In this document: piece by piece, positions 9,885-17,620 of the stretch
How the letters are laid out: each line of letters opens with the position of its first letter
How positions within the stretch are numbered: position 1 is the first letter of the stretch
Origin: Caldisericia bacterium
GTDB taxonomy: Bacteria; Caldisericota; Caldisericia; JAAYUI01
Length of the DNA: 64,000 nucleotides
NCBI GenBank assembly: GCA_017992555.1
Contig: JAGOOK010000001.1
Location: 100,134-164,133, forward strand
Direction of reading: 5' to 3'
Program-made: the position numbers and the translations under genes
The notes under the pieces: model-generated
What the model saw: only the letters and a program-made list of their open reading frames with translations
Told to the model about the DNA's origin: nothing
The model's database searches: none

Positions 9885-11262
9885 GCCTTGCCTCCGAGAA
9901 GTATCGGGCCGTGAAGCAACCATAATCTGGCCCCATCAAGTTTCCTTTTGCAACTGCCCTTGCCCTGCAGCCTCCACAATCAATTGAGTGTGCGCATTCG
10001 CCACAAAAACCGGTCAGCTTTGTCCTGTCCCACATGATGCTGAAACCTTTCCAGGCCTCTTTGAAGCTCTGTTTTGTGAGATTTCCAACTACCGGATCAA
10101 ATGGCGAGAACATGCAGGGGGTCAAGTCGCCGTTTGGCTGTATGTTGCAGTAGAGTCTTCCTGCAGGGCAACCCCCAAGGATGTCCTTGAACGCCCTGAA
10201 GAATTTTCTGGAAGGCCCCATGTCAAAGAATGCGGTTATAGGGAAACAGTTTGAGGCAGGCAATTTTTGCGGACAATCTCCGCCAATCATGGATGTCTCA
10301 GTTGCAAAGTGGGGTGTTTCAGACATTATCTCGATGTTCGGGTCCTGCATTTTGGCCAGCTTTTCCATGGCCTCGGCGCGGGCTTTTGACGTAAGATCGA
10401 GGTCTGATATCTCTTCACCCCTTCCAACGGGTATGAGATGGTAGAAAACAATCCTGTTGAAAGAGTGTTTTTTCGCTAGGGCGACAAAATCGTCTATTAG
10501 CCCAATATTGTTTGAGGTGAGAGTCACACCCATTGAAACAAAAAGCCCTGCTTTCTTCATTGCCTTCACGCCTCGCATGGAAAGGTCGAATGCACCCTTC
10601 ATACACCTGAATTCATCGTGTTTTTCAGGGAATGGCGAATCAATCGAGACTTGGGCAGACCTTAAACCTGCCTTGAAGAGCTTTTCAGCAACGCTGTCAT
10701 CGATCAGGGTGCCATTGGTATCTATTGAACAATAGATACTGTTTTCTGTGGCATATCTGACGCAATCCCAGAAATCTGGCGAGAGGAGCGGCTCTCCACC
10801 GGAGAATGTTATGGCCGCTGTTCCAAGATCGGCCATCTGCTTGATAATGGAGAATTTTTGCTCTTTTGTCATGAGGTCGCCAAGCGAGGAGTCTGCGCTC
10901 TGGAAGCAGTGGACGCACCTCAAGTTGCACTTGTTTGTCAGATTGTAGACCACCGAAAATGGTGCAGAAAGAACAATCGGTTTTTTGAGACCATATTCGA
11001 TGATACTTTTTACAACAAGATCGAAGCAACGCGCAATCCCTGGATCAGAAAGAGTTTTCTTTACTTCACTCCATGGCACGCCAAGGGAGGCCATGTAGGA
11101 CCTCATGATTGCCGAGAAAGCCCAGACATAAGCTTTCTGGAGTCCTTTCGGTTTTCTTCTTCCGCCAATGCTGTCGATGGCAAGCTTCGAAAGGGGATAG
11201 CTTGCCCTGAGGACAGATCTGGCAAAATCGCTAGAAACAAAAGTTGATGCAATGCTTGACAT
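9841..11262 (-). CDS. radical SAM enzyme with C-terminal SPASM/twitch-like Cys-rich domain (NirJ/AhbD-like class, substrate unknown)
   Basis: The track ORF extends to 11502, but its first 80 codons run antisense across the Roadblock promoter and gene. I prefer ATG 11262 (MSSIASTFVSS...). CX3CX2C cluster motif NKCNLRCVHCF. GGEPLL. C-terminal CPAGRLYCNIQPNGDLTPC ... CGECAHSIDCGGCRARA. The 3' end overlaps the pheS start. Confidence 0.8.
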   Translation of the reverse strand: MSSIASTFVSSDFARSVLRASYPLSKLAIDSIGGRRKPKGLQKAYVWAFSAIMRSYMASLGVPWSEVKKTLSDPGIARCFDLVVKSIIEYGLKKPIVLSAPFSVVYNLTNKCNLRCVHCFQSADSSLGDLMTKEQKFSIIKQMADLGTAAITFSGGEPLLSPDFWDCVRYATENSIYCSIDTNGTLIDDSVAEKLFKAGLRSAQVSIDSPFPEKHDEFRCMKGAFDLSMRGVKAMKKAGLFVSMGVTLTSNNIGLIDDFVALAKKHSFNRIVFYHLIPVGRGEEISDLDLTSKARAEAMEKLAKMQDPNIEIMSETPHFATETSMIGGDCPQKLPASNCFPITAFFDMGPSRKFFRAFKDILGGCPAGRLYCNIQPNGDLTPCMFSPFDPVVGNLTKQSFKEAWKGFSIMWDRTKLTGFCGECAHSIDCGGCRARAVAKGNLMGPDYGCFTARYFSEARRGHRKDKAGSVKSC

Positions 11263-11320
11263 ATTCCGAAGAATTATAACAGGGCGTCGATAAAATGAAA
11301 GGACAAAACTAGGTCGGGGC

Positions 11321-11349
11321 TTGACTATGAAAAAAGAATCGCATAAGAT
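11321..11349 (+). promoter_or_regulatory. sigma-70-like promoter for the Roadblock gene pair
   Basis: TTGACT (11321-11326), a 17-nt spacer, then TAAGAT (11344-11349). It is followed by AAGGAGG (about 11369) and GTG 11381. Confidence 0.4.
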
Positions 11350-11380
11350 GTGCAATATCACCAATATGAAGGAGGACAAA

Positions 11381-11743
11381 GTGGAACTGGACACAATTCT
11401 TGAAGGATTGAAGGACGAGCTCCCCGAATTCGTTGCTGCGGCCGTTGCAGGTAGTGATGGCCTAACAATCTCGACCCTCGCAAAAGACAGCTCGGTTGAC
11501 ATGAGTATGGTAGGGGCCGAATTTGCCTCGATTGTCTCGATGGTTTCAAAGGCAGGGAGAGAAATAAACGCAGGGAAGCTTCACAGTTCAATCTTCTCGA
11601 CAGAAAATTATCACATCCTGACTTCACAAATTGGTGAAACCCCATTTTTCCAGATAGTCTGCCTCAGATCCGATGGAAACATCGGAAAGGCAAGATATTT
11701 GATGGGAAAGATTGAGGCGAGAATCAAGGAAGCAATTCTATGA
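11381..11743 (+). CDS. Roadblock/LC7 domain protein
   Basis: The ORF begins at 11321. I prefer GTG 11381, 5 nt after AAGGAGG. The sequence ELDTILEGLKDELPEFVAAAVAGSDGLTISTLAKD ... SSIFSTENYHILTSQIGETPFFQIVCLRSDGNIGKARY fits the Robl/LC7 (MglB-like) pattern. Stop overlaps the next gene's start (ATGA). Confidence 0.75.
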   Translation: MELDTILEGLKDELPEFVAAAVAGSDGLTISTLAKDSSVDMSMVGAEFASIVSMVSKAGREINAGKLHSSIFSTENYHILTSQIGETPFFQIVCLRSDGNIGKARYLMGKIEARIKEAIL

Positions 11744-12966
11744 GCGAGATAAACGGGCTACTGTCAGAGGCTTTTTCAAAGATCCAGTATTGTGACAAAA
11801 TACTGGTAGCATCATCGGACGGCCTCATTATAACGGCATATCCTGACTACAATCCAGACAAAAACGATTCCCTTGCTGCATCATCAACATCTGTCCTTGG
11901 GCTCACCGCTGCAACATCCGAGCTTGCCGGAAAAGGTGATGCCGAATACGTCCTTATAAGATCAAATAACGGTTTCATGATGACTCTTGGCCAACAGAAT
12001 TTCTCTGTGCTTGTAATGGCCGGGCAAAAAGCAAACCTCGGCATGCTCCTGCTTCAGGGACAGAAACTTGTTGAAAAGCTCAGTGGCATAATTGATGAAC
12101 ACATTACACCAAAAAAACTCGAACACCCAAGAATTTATGCCAGAGAGCTTGGCACCATTGAAACTGAGAGTGTTGAAGAGGCACACCCTGAAGAGGTTTC
12201 TCATACTTCCACAAAATCCAGGGATTCACAGCCTGAATCAGAATCTCCCGAACAAGGCATAGGCATACCCGCTTTTTCAAAGCCATTTTCTGACTATTTC
12301 AAAGAGCCTGGCGACAATTTTTTGGCCAGTTCACAGGGTTATGAAGAAGAACCCATCGCCATAGAACCCAATTTCAAACCAAAAATGGAAGATCTGCAGG
12401 ATGTCTTGCAACAATCCGTCGAGGAAATTGCCTGCCATGAAGAGTGCAATGAATGCGAAGAATGTGAAGAACCGGGTGAATCAGAGCACTTCCTGACAGA
12501 ACCTGAAGAGATAAAAGCAAAATTCTGGCCGGAAGAGCCAACCAGAATTGATGAACGCCCAGAACACACTCCAGATATTGAAATTGAGGATAAATCCTCG
12601 GAGAGCATTTATTCTGACAGGGACCTCCAGGCGTCAGTAGAAAATCCAACAGAGCCAATGGAGGAGAACCCAGAAGAAACCCACGAAAACATGACAACAT
12701 CTTCAATCGTTGACCTCGTTCTGCCTAAAGGCATTTACATAAACGATGTAGTCTTATACTCGAATAAACAGGGGCTGGAAAATCTGGCTATCCATGAAGA
12801 AGAGGAACAGCCTGCACAACAAGAAGATCAGCAACAGGAAGAAGAGCAAAAACCTCCTGAAATCATGCCATGGTTTAACTTTAATAATGATAGCGAGAAC
12901 AAAACCCAAAACCCGGAAGAAGACGAAAAGCCCCAAAAAGAAGGAGATCTGTTCGATTCCTACTGA
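11740..12966 (+). CDS. Roadblock/LC7 domain protein with long acidic low-complexity C-terminal tail
   Basis: 408-aa ORF. The first ~120 aa look like a Roadblock domain (ILVASSDGLIITAYPD ... EYVLIRSNNGFMMTLGQQNFSVLVMAGQKANLGMLLL). The rest is an E/P/Q/D-rich tail whose only Cys residues form CHEECNECEEC (12433-12465). Confidence 0.75.
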   Translation: MSEINGLLSEAFSKIQYCDKILVASSDGLIITAYPDYNPDKNDSLAASSTSVLGLTAATSELAGKGDAEYVLIRSNNGFMMTLGQQNFSVLVMAGQKANLGMLLLQGQKLVEKLSGIIDEHITPKKLEHPRIYARELGTIETESVEEAHPEEVSHTSTKSRDSQPESESPEQGIGIPAFSKPFSDYFKEPGDNFLASSQGYEEEPIAIEPNFKPKMEDLQDVLQQSVEEIACHEECNECEECEEPGESEHFLTEPEEIKAKFWPEEPTRIDERPEHTPDIEIEDKSSESIYSDRDLQASVENPTEPMEENPEETHENMTTSSIVDLVLPKGIYINDVVLYSNKQGLENLAIHEEEEQPAQQEDQQQEEEQKPPEIMPWFNFNNDSENKTQNPEEDEKPQKEGDLFDSY

Positions 12967-13678
12967 CCAAGCCAAAACAAGACTAAACAGGTATATTGCG
13001 TCTTCGGGCCTGTGCTCAAGGAGAAATGCTGACCAACTCATATTGGCTGGTCGGGTTTTTGTTGATGGAGCTCTTGAAACAAACCCTGGAATCATGGTCA
13101 CTTTACAAAATGTTGTAAAGATCGACGGAAAAATCATAAAACCAGTCGAGGAAAAGGTCTACATTGCCCTGAACAAACCAAAACTTGTGATCACAAGCAA
13201 AAGTGACGAGCAGGGAAGGAATACTGTAATGGACTTTCTTCCGGAAAAATTCCTTCACCTTAATCCTGTCGGAAGGCTTGATTTTGATTCAAGCGGTCTC
13301 GTAATAATGACAAATGATGGCGAACTGGCCAATTTCCTGACCCACCCCAGATTCAGCTTTCCAAAAACTTATCAGGTCAGGGCAAACCCTCCCTTTGAAA
13401 GGGAAGATGTCGATATTATTCTTGGCGGTGTCCAGATTGCAGAAGACGTTTGGGTAAAAGCCGACAAGGCAATCCTGTCCGGCGAGGTGCTCACATTGAC
13501 CATTCATGAGGGCAAGTACCATCATATCAAAAGAATGGCAGAATCACTTGGCAAAAAAGTATGTTTCCTCCGGAGAGTAGCCATTGGCCCAGTAAAGATT
13601 GATGGACTATTATCTGGGCAATGGAGAATGTTGACAGATAAAGAACTTTTAGCGTTGCTAGAAAAAACGGGGAGATAA
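12887..13678 (+). CDS. pseudouridine synthase, RsuA/RluB family (S4 domain plus catalytic domain)
   Basis: S4 domain TRLNRYIASSGLCSRRNADQLILAGRVFVDG. Catalytic motif PVGRLDFDSSGLVIMTNDGELAN. The only canonical starts in frame are ATG 12887 and ATG 12794, both inside the preceding gene, so the start is uncertain. Confidence 0.8.
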   Translation: MIARTKPKTRKKTKSPKKKEICSIPTDQAKTRLNRYIASSGLCSRRNADQLILAGRVFVDGALETNPGIMVTLQNVVKIDGKIIKPVEEKVYIALNKPKLVITSKSDEQGRNTVMDFLPEKFLHLNPVGRLDFDSSGLVIMTNDGELANFLTHPRFSFPKTYQVRANPPFEREDVDIILGGVQIAEDVWVKADKAILSGEVLTLTIHEGKYHHIKRMAESLGKKVCFLRRVAIGPVKIDGLLSGQWRMLTDKELLALLEKTGR

Positions 13679-13718
13679 TTTGGAACATTCAGAAAGAATC
13701 TCTTAAAAAGAGATAGTC

Positions 13719-13746
13719 TTGACATCCCCACTTTATTCGCTTTAAT
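13719..13746 (+). promoter_or_regulatory. sigma-70-like promoter upstream of tRNA-Met
   Basis: TTGACA (13719-13724), a 16-nt spacer, then TTTAAT (13741-13746). Located about 70 nt upstream of the tRNA. Confidence 0.4.
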
Positions 13747-13817
13747 GGTTTTCCGATGGTTAACACCATCGTCTAGTTTTAAAACACCTATCATATAGGA
13801 GACATGCACGGTCGTAC

Positions 13818-13891
13818 GGGACCATAGCTCAGTCGGTCAGAGCAGCTGGCTCATAACCAGCGGGTCGTAGGTTCGAGTCCTACTGGTCCCA
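13818..13891 (+). tRNA. tRNA-Met (anticodon CAT), elongator type; a lysidine-modified tRNA-Ile2 cannot be excluded
   Basis: 74-nt cloverleaf. Acceptor GGGACCA/TGGTCCC, D-arm TAGCTCAGTCGGTCAGAGCA, anticodon loop CTCATAA, T-arm GGTTCGAGTCC. It lacks the GGG/CCC anticodon stem of initiator tRNA. CCA is not encoded. Confidence 0.9.
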
Positions 13892-13905
13892 GACTCCAAG
13901 AAAAC

Positions 13906-14619
13906 ATGCAAGGATTTTCCGAACTCGTCCAACTGTCTTTGATTGATTGGCAAATCCGGTCTACACAGAATGAAATAGATACACTCGATGACGGAAGGGC
14001 CTGCAAGAAAGAATTGGAAGTTATAAATCAAAAACTTTCTCTGGCATTGGCAAAAAAGAAACAAATATCGTCACTGCTTGATGATTTGAAATTTAAATAT
14101 GACAAGGCCTTGGCCGAAAAAAAGAAAATGGAGACCCAGCTCTTCTCACAGGGTGTTTCGCCGAAAACAATATCTGAAATACAAACAAGGCTTGCATCCA
14201 TAAACTCCCACATAGATGAAGTTGAAACGGGACAGCTCGAGGCAATGGAAGCTTTCGAAAAAATCACTGCTTCCTGCGATAAATTGCAGGCAATGTCAGA
14301 CCAGAAAACCCAGGAACTGGAAACAATAACCCAAAAATTCAAAAATATGACCGTTAAAGGCCAGATTAAACTGAAAGAACTTGATTCAGAAAAAGACGCG
14401 ATCCGGAAAGCTATAGACTCCTCCCTCCTTGCCAAGTATGACAGACTTGCCGAACAAAAAATGGGCCTCGCAATGGTTGAGGTAATCAACAACCTTTGTA
14501 CAGGTTGCCAGCAACCAATCTCCATTACACTGTGCGACTCGATAAAATCGGAACCGGAAGAAATCCACCACTGTAATAACTGCGGAAGAATGGTTTTCAT
14601 CAGGAGGACCCAGGTTTGA
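13906..14619 (+). CDS. coiled-coil protein with C-terminal C4 zinc ribbon (COG1579 type)
   Basis: 237-aa ORF. Long heptad-rich region followed by CTGCQQPI ... HHCNNCGRMVF. The ATG lies only 14 nt after the tRNA-Met 3' end. The 3' end overlaps the RNase H start. Confidence 0.7.
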   Translation: MQGFSELVQLSLIDWQIRSTQNEIDTLDDGRACKKELEVINQKLSLALAKKKQISSLLDDLKFKYDKALAEKKKMETQLFSQGVSPKTISEIQTRLASINSHIDEVETGQLEAMEAFEKITASCDKLQAMSDQKTQELETITQKFKNMTVKGQIKLKELDSEKDAIRKAIDSSLLAKYDRLAEQKMGLAMVEVINNLCTGCQQPISITLCDSIKSEPEEIHHCNNCGRMVFIRRTQV

Positions 14620-15035
14620 AAAAAGTGGAAGTTTTTACTGACGGGGCATCGAGAGGCAATCCAGGAAAGGCCTCGTTCGGGGTCGTAATTACGGTTGACG
14701 GGGACACCATCATTGAAGAATCACATGAGATAGGGGTCAAAACAAACAATACCGCCGAATACGCCGGACTCATTTTTGCGCTGTCAATGCTTCTGATGCT
14801 AAAACTGGAAAACGAGCAGATAACATTAAATTCAGACTCTGAACTCATGGTCAAGCAGATGAATGGCCAGTACAGGCTCAAAAAAGAAGAGCTGGCTGAA
14901 TACTATCTGGTTGCAAAAAACCTCTTGATGAGGTTTTCAAAAATAGAGATCAAACACGTTAAACGTGAGAAAAACGCAAAGGCCGACAAACTTGCCAACC
15001 TGGCGCTTGATGAAGGAGGACTATGGAAGATTTAG
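14616..15035 (+). CDS. ribonuclease H (type 1 family)
   Basis: 139-aa ORF. VFTDGASRGNPGKASFGVV, NNTAEYAGLIFAL, NSDSELMVKQMNGQYR and KREKNAKADKLAN. TTG/GTG start. Confidence 0.8.
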   Translation: MKKVEVFTDGASRGNPGKASFGVVITVDGDTIIEESHEIGVKTNNTAEYAGLIFALSMLLMLKLENEQITLNSDSELMVKQMNGQYRLKKEELAEYYLVAKNLLMRFSKIEIKHVKREKNAKADKLANLALDEGGLWKI

Positions 15036-16570
15036 TTAGGGTATATACAGCCGAAGAGCTTGAGGACAAGACTGCGAGACAACTTTATGACATCTGCAAA
15101 GCTCTCAAAATCAAGAACTACACAAGCTTCAAAAAAGACGATTTGATAAATGAGATCGTTCTTGTCTCAAGAGGTGAGAAAGTCATAGTCCGCAAAAAAA
15201 GAGGCAGAAAATCAAAAGCAGAACTCGAAGCGATGAGAAAAGCTGCTGAACAGGCATCAAAAACCGAAGTCAAAAAAGAAACACTCTTTGCCCCAACACA
15301 ACAGCCAGAAAAAAAATACGAATACAAGACACAGGAACAGACATACAAAACCAGTGAACAGTCGCAGTATCGCAAACCTGAATACAGCCAGACTTTTTCG
15401 AGTGAACCACAAAGCGAAACGCCGCCAAGGGGCGACCAGTCAATGGGCCAGGGGGGCGGAGTCCTGGAGATACATCCTGATGGATATGGTTTCCTCAGGC
15501 TCAACTACGTGCCAAACCCCAAGGACATTTACCTTGCACCTTCACAAATAAGGCGTTTTGGCCTCAGGAACGGTGATTTCGTAGAAGGCTCCGTAAGATA
15601 CCCAACAAAACCTGGCGAGAAATACGCTGCAATGTTGAAGCTTGACTCGGTAAACGGGATGGACCCTGAATATATCCGCAACAGACCCCATTTTGAAAAC
15701 CTCATTCCGATTTTTCCTGATGAGAGGATCAAACTGGAACTCAGGGGTGTAAATGACATCACGCTGAGACTTATCGAGTTGGCTTCCCCAATAGGCAAAG
15801 GCCAGCGTGGTATGATAGTTTCACCACCAAAAGTTGGAAAAACCACCATCATCAAAAAGATCGCGAAAGCAATCTCGATTAATAGCCCCGATACTGTCCT
15901 CATGATCCTCCTCGTTGACGAGCGTCCAGAGGAAGTAACAGACATGCAGAGGTCCGTAAGAGCACAGATCATATCGTCAACCTTCGACCAGCTCCCGGAA
16001 AACCACATCAGGGTTGTCGAGCTCGCAATTGAAAGGGCAAAACGCCTCGTTGAAATGAAGAAGGATGTTGTTGTCCTTATGGATGGCATTACAAGACTAA
16101 CAAGGGCCTACAACCTTGTCATGAGCCCAACCGGAAGGACACTCACCGGTGGTCTTGACACATCAGCAATCCACGGTCCAAAAAAGATCCTCGGAGCTGC
16201 TAGGAATATTGATAATGGCGGGTCATTGACCATCCTGGCCACATGCCTTGTCGAGACCGGTTCAAAAATGGACGAGGTCATATATGAAGAATTCAAGGGT
16301 ACAGGCAACATGGAGCTCGTCCTTGACCGCAAGCTTGCAGAAAGAGGCCTCTTCCCGGCCATAGACGTCAAGAGATCAGGAACAAGAAGAGACGAATTGC
16401 TTTATGGCGAAGAGGAAAGAAAGAGAATATGGAGTCTCAAGAGGTTCCTCTCCAACCTCGAAAACTATGAGGCGCTTGAAAAGATACTCAAGTGGCTCAG
16501 TGACACACACAACAACGAACAATTCCTCAGGAGTATAGTGCCGGAGGAGAATCCGAAGGGAAGGGCCTAG
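15023..16570 (+). CDS. rho: transcription termination factor Rho with a ~100-aa N-terminal insertion
   Basis: 515-aa ORF. Rho_N (ELEDKTARQLYDICKALKI), RNA-binding CSD-like VLEIHPDGYGFLR, Walker A SPPKVGKTT, LLVDERPEEV, and C-terminal RSGTRRDELL. Confidence 0.95.
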   Translation: MEDLVRVYTAEELEDKTARQLYDICKALKIKNYTSFKKDDLINEIVLVSRGEKVIVRKKRGRKSKAELEAMRKAAEQASKTEVKKETLFAPTQQPEKKYEYKTQEQTYKTSEQSQYRKPEYSQTFSSEPQSETPPRGDQSMGQGGGVLEIHPDGYGFLRLNYVPNPKDIYLAPSQIRRFGLRNGDFVEGSVRYPTKPGEKYAAMLKLDSVNGMDPEYIRNRPHFENLIPIFPDERIKLELRGVNDITLRLIELASPIGKGQRGMIVSPPKVGKTTIIKKIAKAISINSPDTVLMILLVDERPEEVTDMQRSVRAQIISSTFDQLPENHIRVVELAIERAKRLVEMKKDVVVLMDGITRLTRAYNLVMSPTGRTLTGGLDTSAIHGPKKILGAARNIDNGGSLTILATCLVETGSKMDEVIYEEFKGTGNMELVLDRKLAERGLFPAIDVKRSGTRRDELLYGEEERKRIWSLKRFLSNLENYEALEKILKWLSDTHNNEQFLRSIVPEENPKGRA

Positions 16571-17547
16571 AAAGGCCCTCTCCAGACAATCTGCCCTGAC
16601 TGGACCCCATTTGTGCTCATTAGGGACTGGTTGTCGAACATCTCAAGCCTGCTGATTTTTCCGCCAAGCAGGCGGATGCAATTGGCTACAACGCAATAAA
16701 ATGGCTCATGGCCTTCGCCCGATTCCATCTTGAGGGCAAGGCCTTTTTTGTTTGCCGAGATGCAGTTGATCCCTTCTGCACCCGATTTAATGGCAAAATC
16801 TGGGTTGTCTTTCATGGCGATAGTGTCGACCCTGTCAACACCTGCAACAAGTTCCGGATTTTTTGTTATTGCCTCAAATACCATTTTTGCAGGTCTCTGG
16901 AGATCGAATGGCACAGATTCTGGGTTGGAGAGCCTTGCAAAACCTTGGGCCATGTTGACGAGTGGCACACCAAAAACTTGGACACCGCAACCATCTGTTG
17001 CCACAACGACATCTGAAACCGGCAAACCACACATGCCAGCCACAATTTCAAGGGATAATTTCTGTATAGGATGAGTCGGCTCAAGGTAGGTTTTTGTGTC
17101 CCAACCCATTTTTTTGCATACTGCAAGCATTGCAGAATGCTTACCGGAGCAGTTGTGGTTCAGTTGTGAAAGAGGTTTGCAATCAAGCTCTGCTTTTGCG
17201 GCAGCAGAGATTGGTTCATGAGTTCCACACAGGAGGTCTTTTTCTGATAGGCCAGCTCTTGAAAGCATCTCAAGGACAACTTTGGTATGTTGGGCCTGTC
17301 CGTTGTGGGAACCACACGCTATGGCCAAATGCCTCAGCTCCAGCCCAAAATATTCATAAGTCCCGGTCAGAATGAGTGCCATTGCCTGAAAGGGTTTGGC
17401 CGAGCTCCTGAAATAGGTGATATAATGAGGATTACCAAAGCTCTGGATTATATTGCCAAGGCCATCTGCGACAACGATATACCCCCTGAAGATTGATTCA
17501 TCCAGGGGTCCTCTTCTTTTGACAGCAAGTATGGGTGGGCAGTTCAT
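16567..17547 (-). CDS. asparaginase II family protein
   Basis: 326-aa ORF. RSSAKPFQAMALI, CSGKHSAMLAVCKKMGW and related blocks are typical of the L-asparaginase II family. Converges on rho with a 4-nt overlap. Confidence 0.7.
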   Translation of the reverse strand: MNCPPILAVKRRGPLDESIFRGYIVVADGLGNIIQSFGNPHYITYFRSSAKPFQAMALILTGTYEYFGLELRHLAIACGSHNGQAQHTKVVLEMLSRAGLSEKDLLCGTHEPISAAAKAELDCKPLSQLNHNCSGKHSAMLAVCKKMGWDTKTYLEPTHPIQKLSLEIVAGMCGLPVSDVVVATDGCGVQVFGVPLVNMAQGFARLSNPESVPFDLQRPAKMVFEAITKNPELVAGVDRVDTIAMKDNPDFAIKSGAEGINCISANKKGLALKMESGEGHEPFYCVVANCIRLLGGKISRLEMFDNQSLMSTNGVQSGQIVWRGPF

Positions 17548-17584
17548 GATATAGAGTCTATATCATGCCATAATAGCTTCAAGA

Positions 17585-17613
17585 TTGACCGATTTCTTTT
17601 GCTTGTCTATACT
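17585..17613 (+). promoter_or_regulatory. sigma-70-like promoter positioned to give a leaderless alaX-like mRNA
   Basis: TTGACC (17585-17590), a 17-nt spacer, then TATACT (17608-17613). ATG 17621 lies 7 nt after the -10 with no SD sequence in between. Confidence 0.5.
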
Positions 17614-17620
17614 TTTCTAC

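Noticed and set aside
11263-11502. An 80-codon N-terminal extension of the radical SAM ORF (the track starts at 11502).
   Set aside because: The extension is Ser-rich and featureless. It runs antisense through the Roadblock promoter, RBS and 5' coding region. The conserved enzyme body begins after ATG 11262.
16555-16585. A small inverted repeat (AGGGCC-tagaaa-GGCCCT) at the 4-nt convergent overlap of rho and the asparaginase gene. Considered as a shared terminator.
   Set aside because: The stem is only 6 bp, lies within coding sequence of both genes and has no flanking T-tract. It is not convincing as a terminator.
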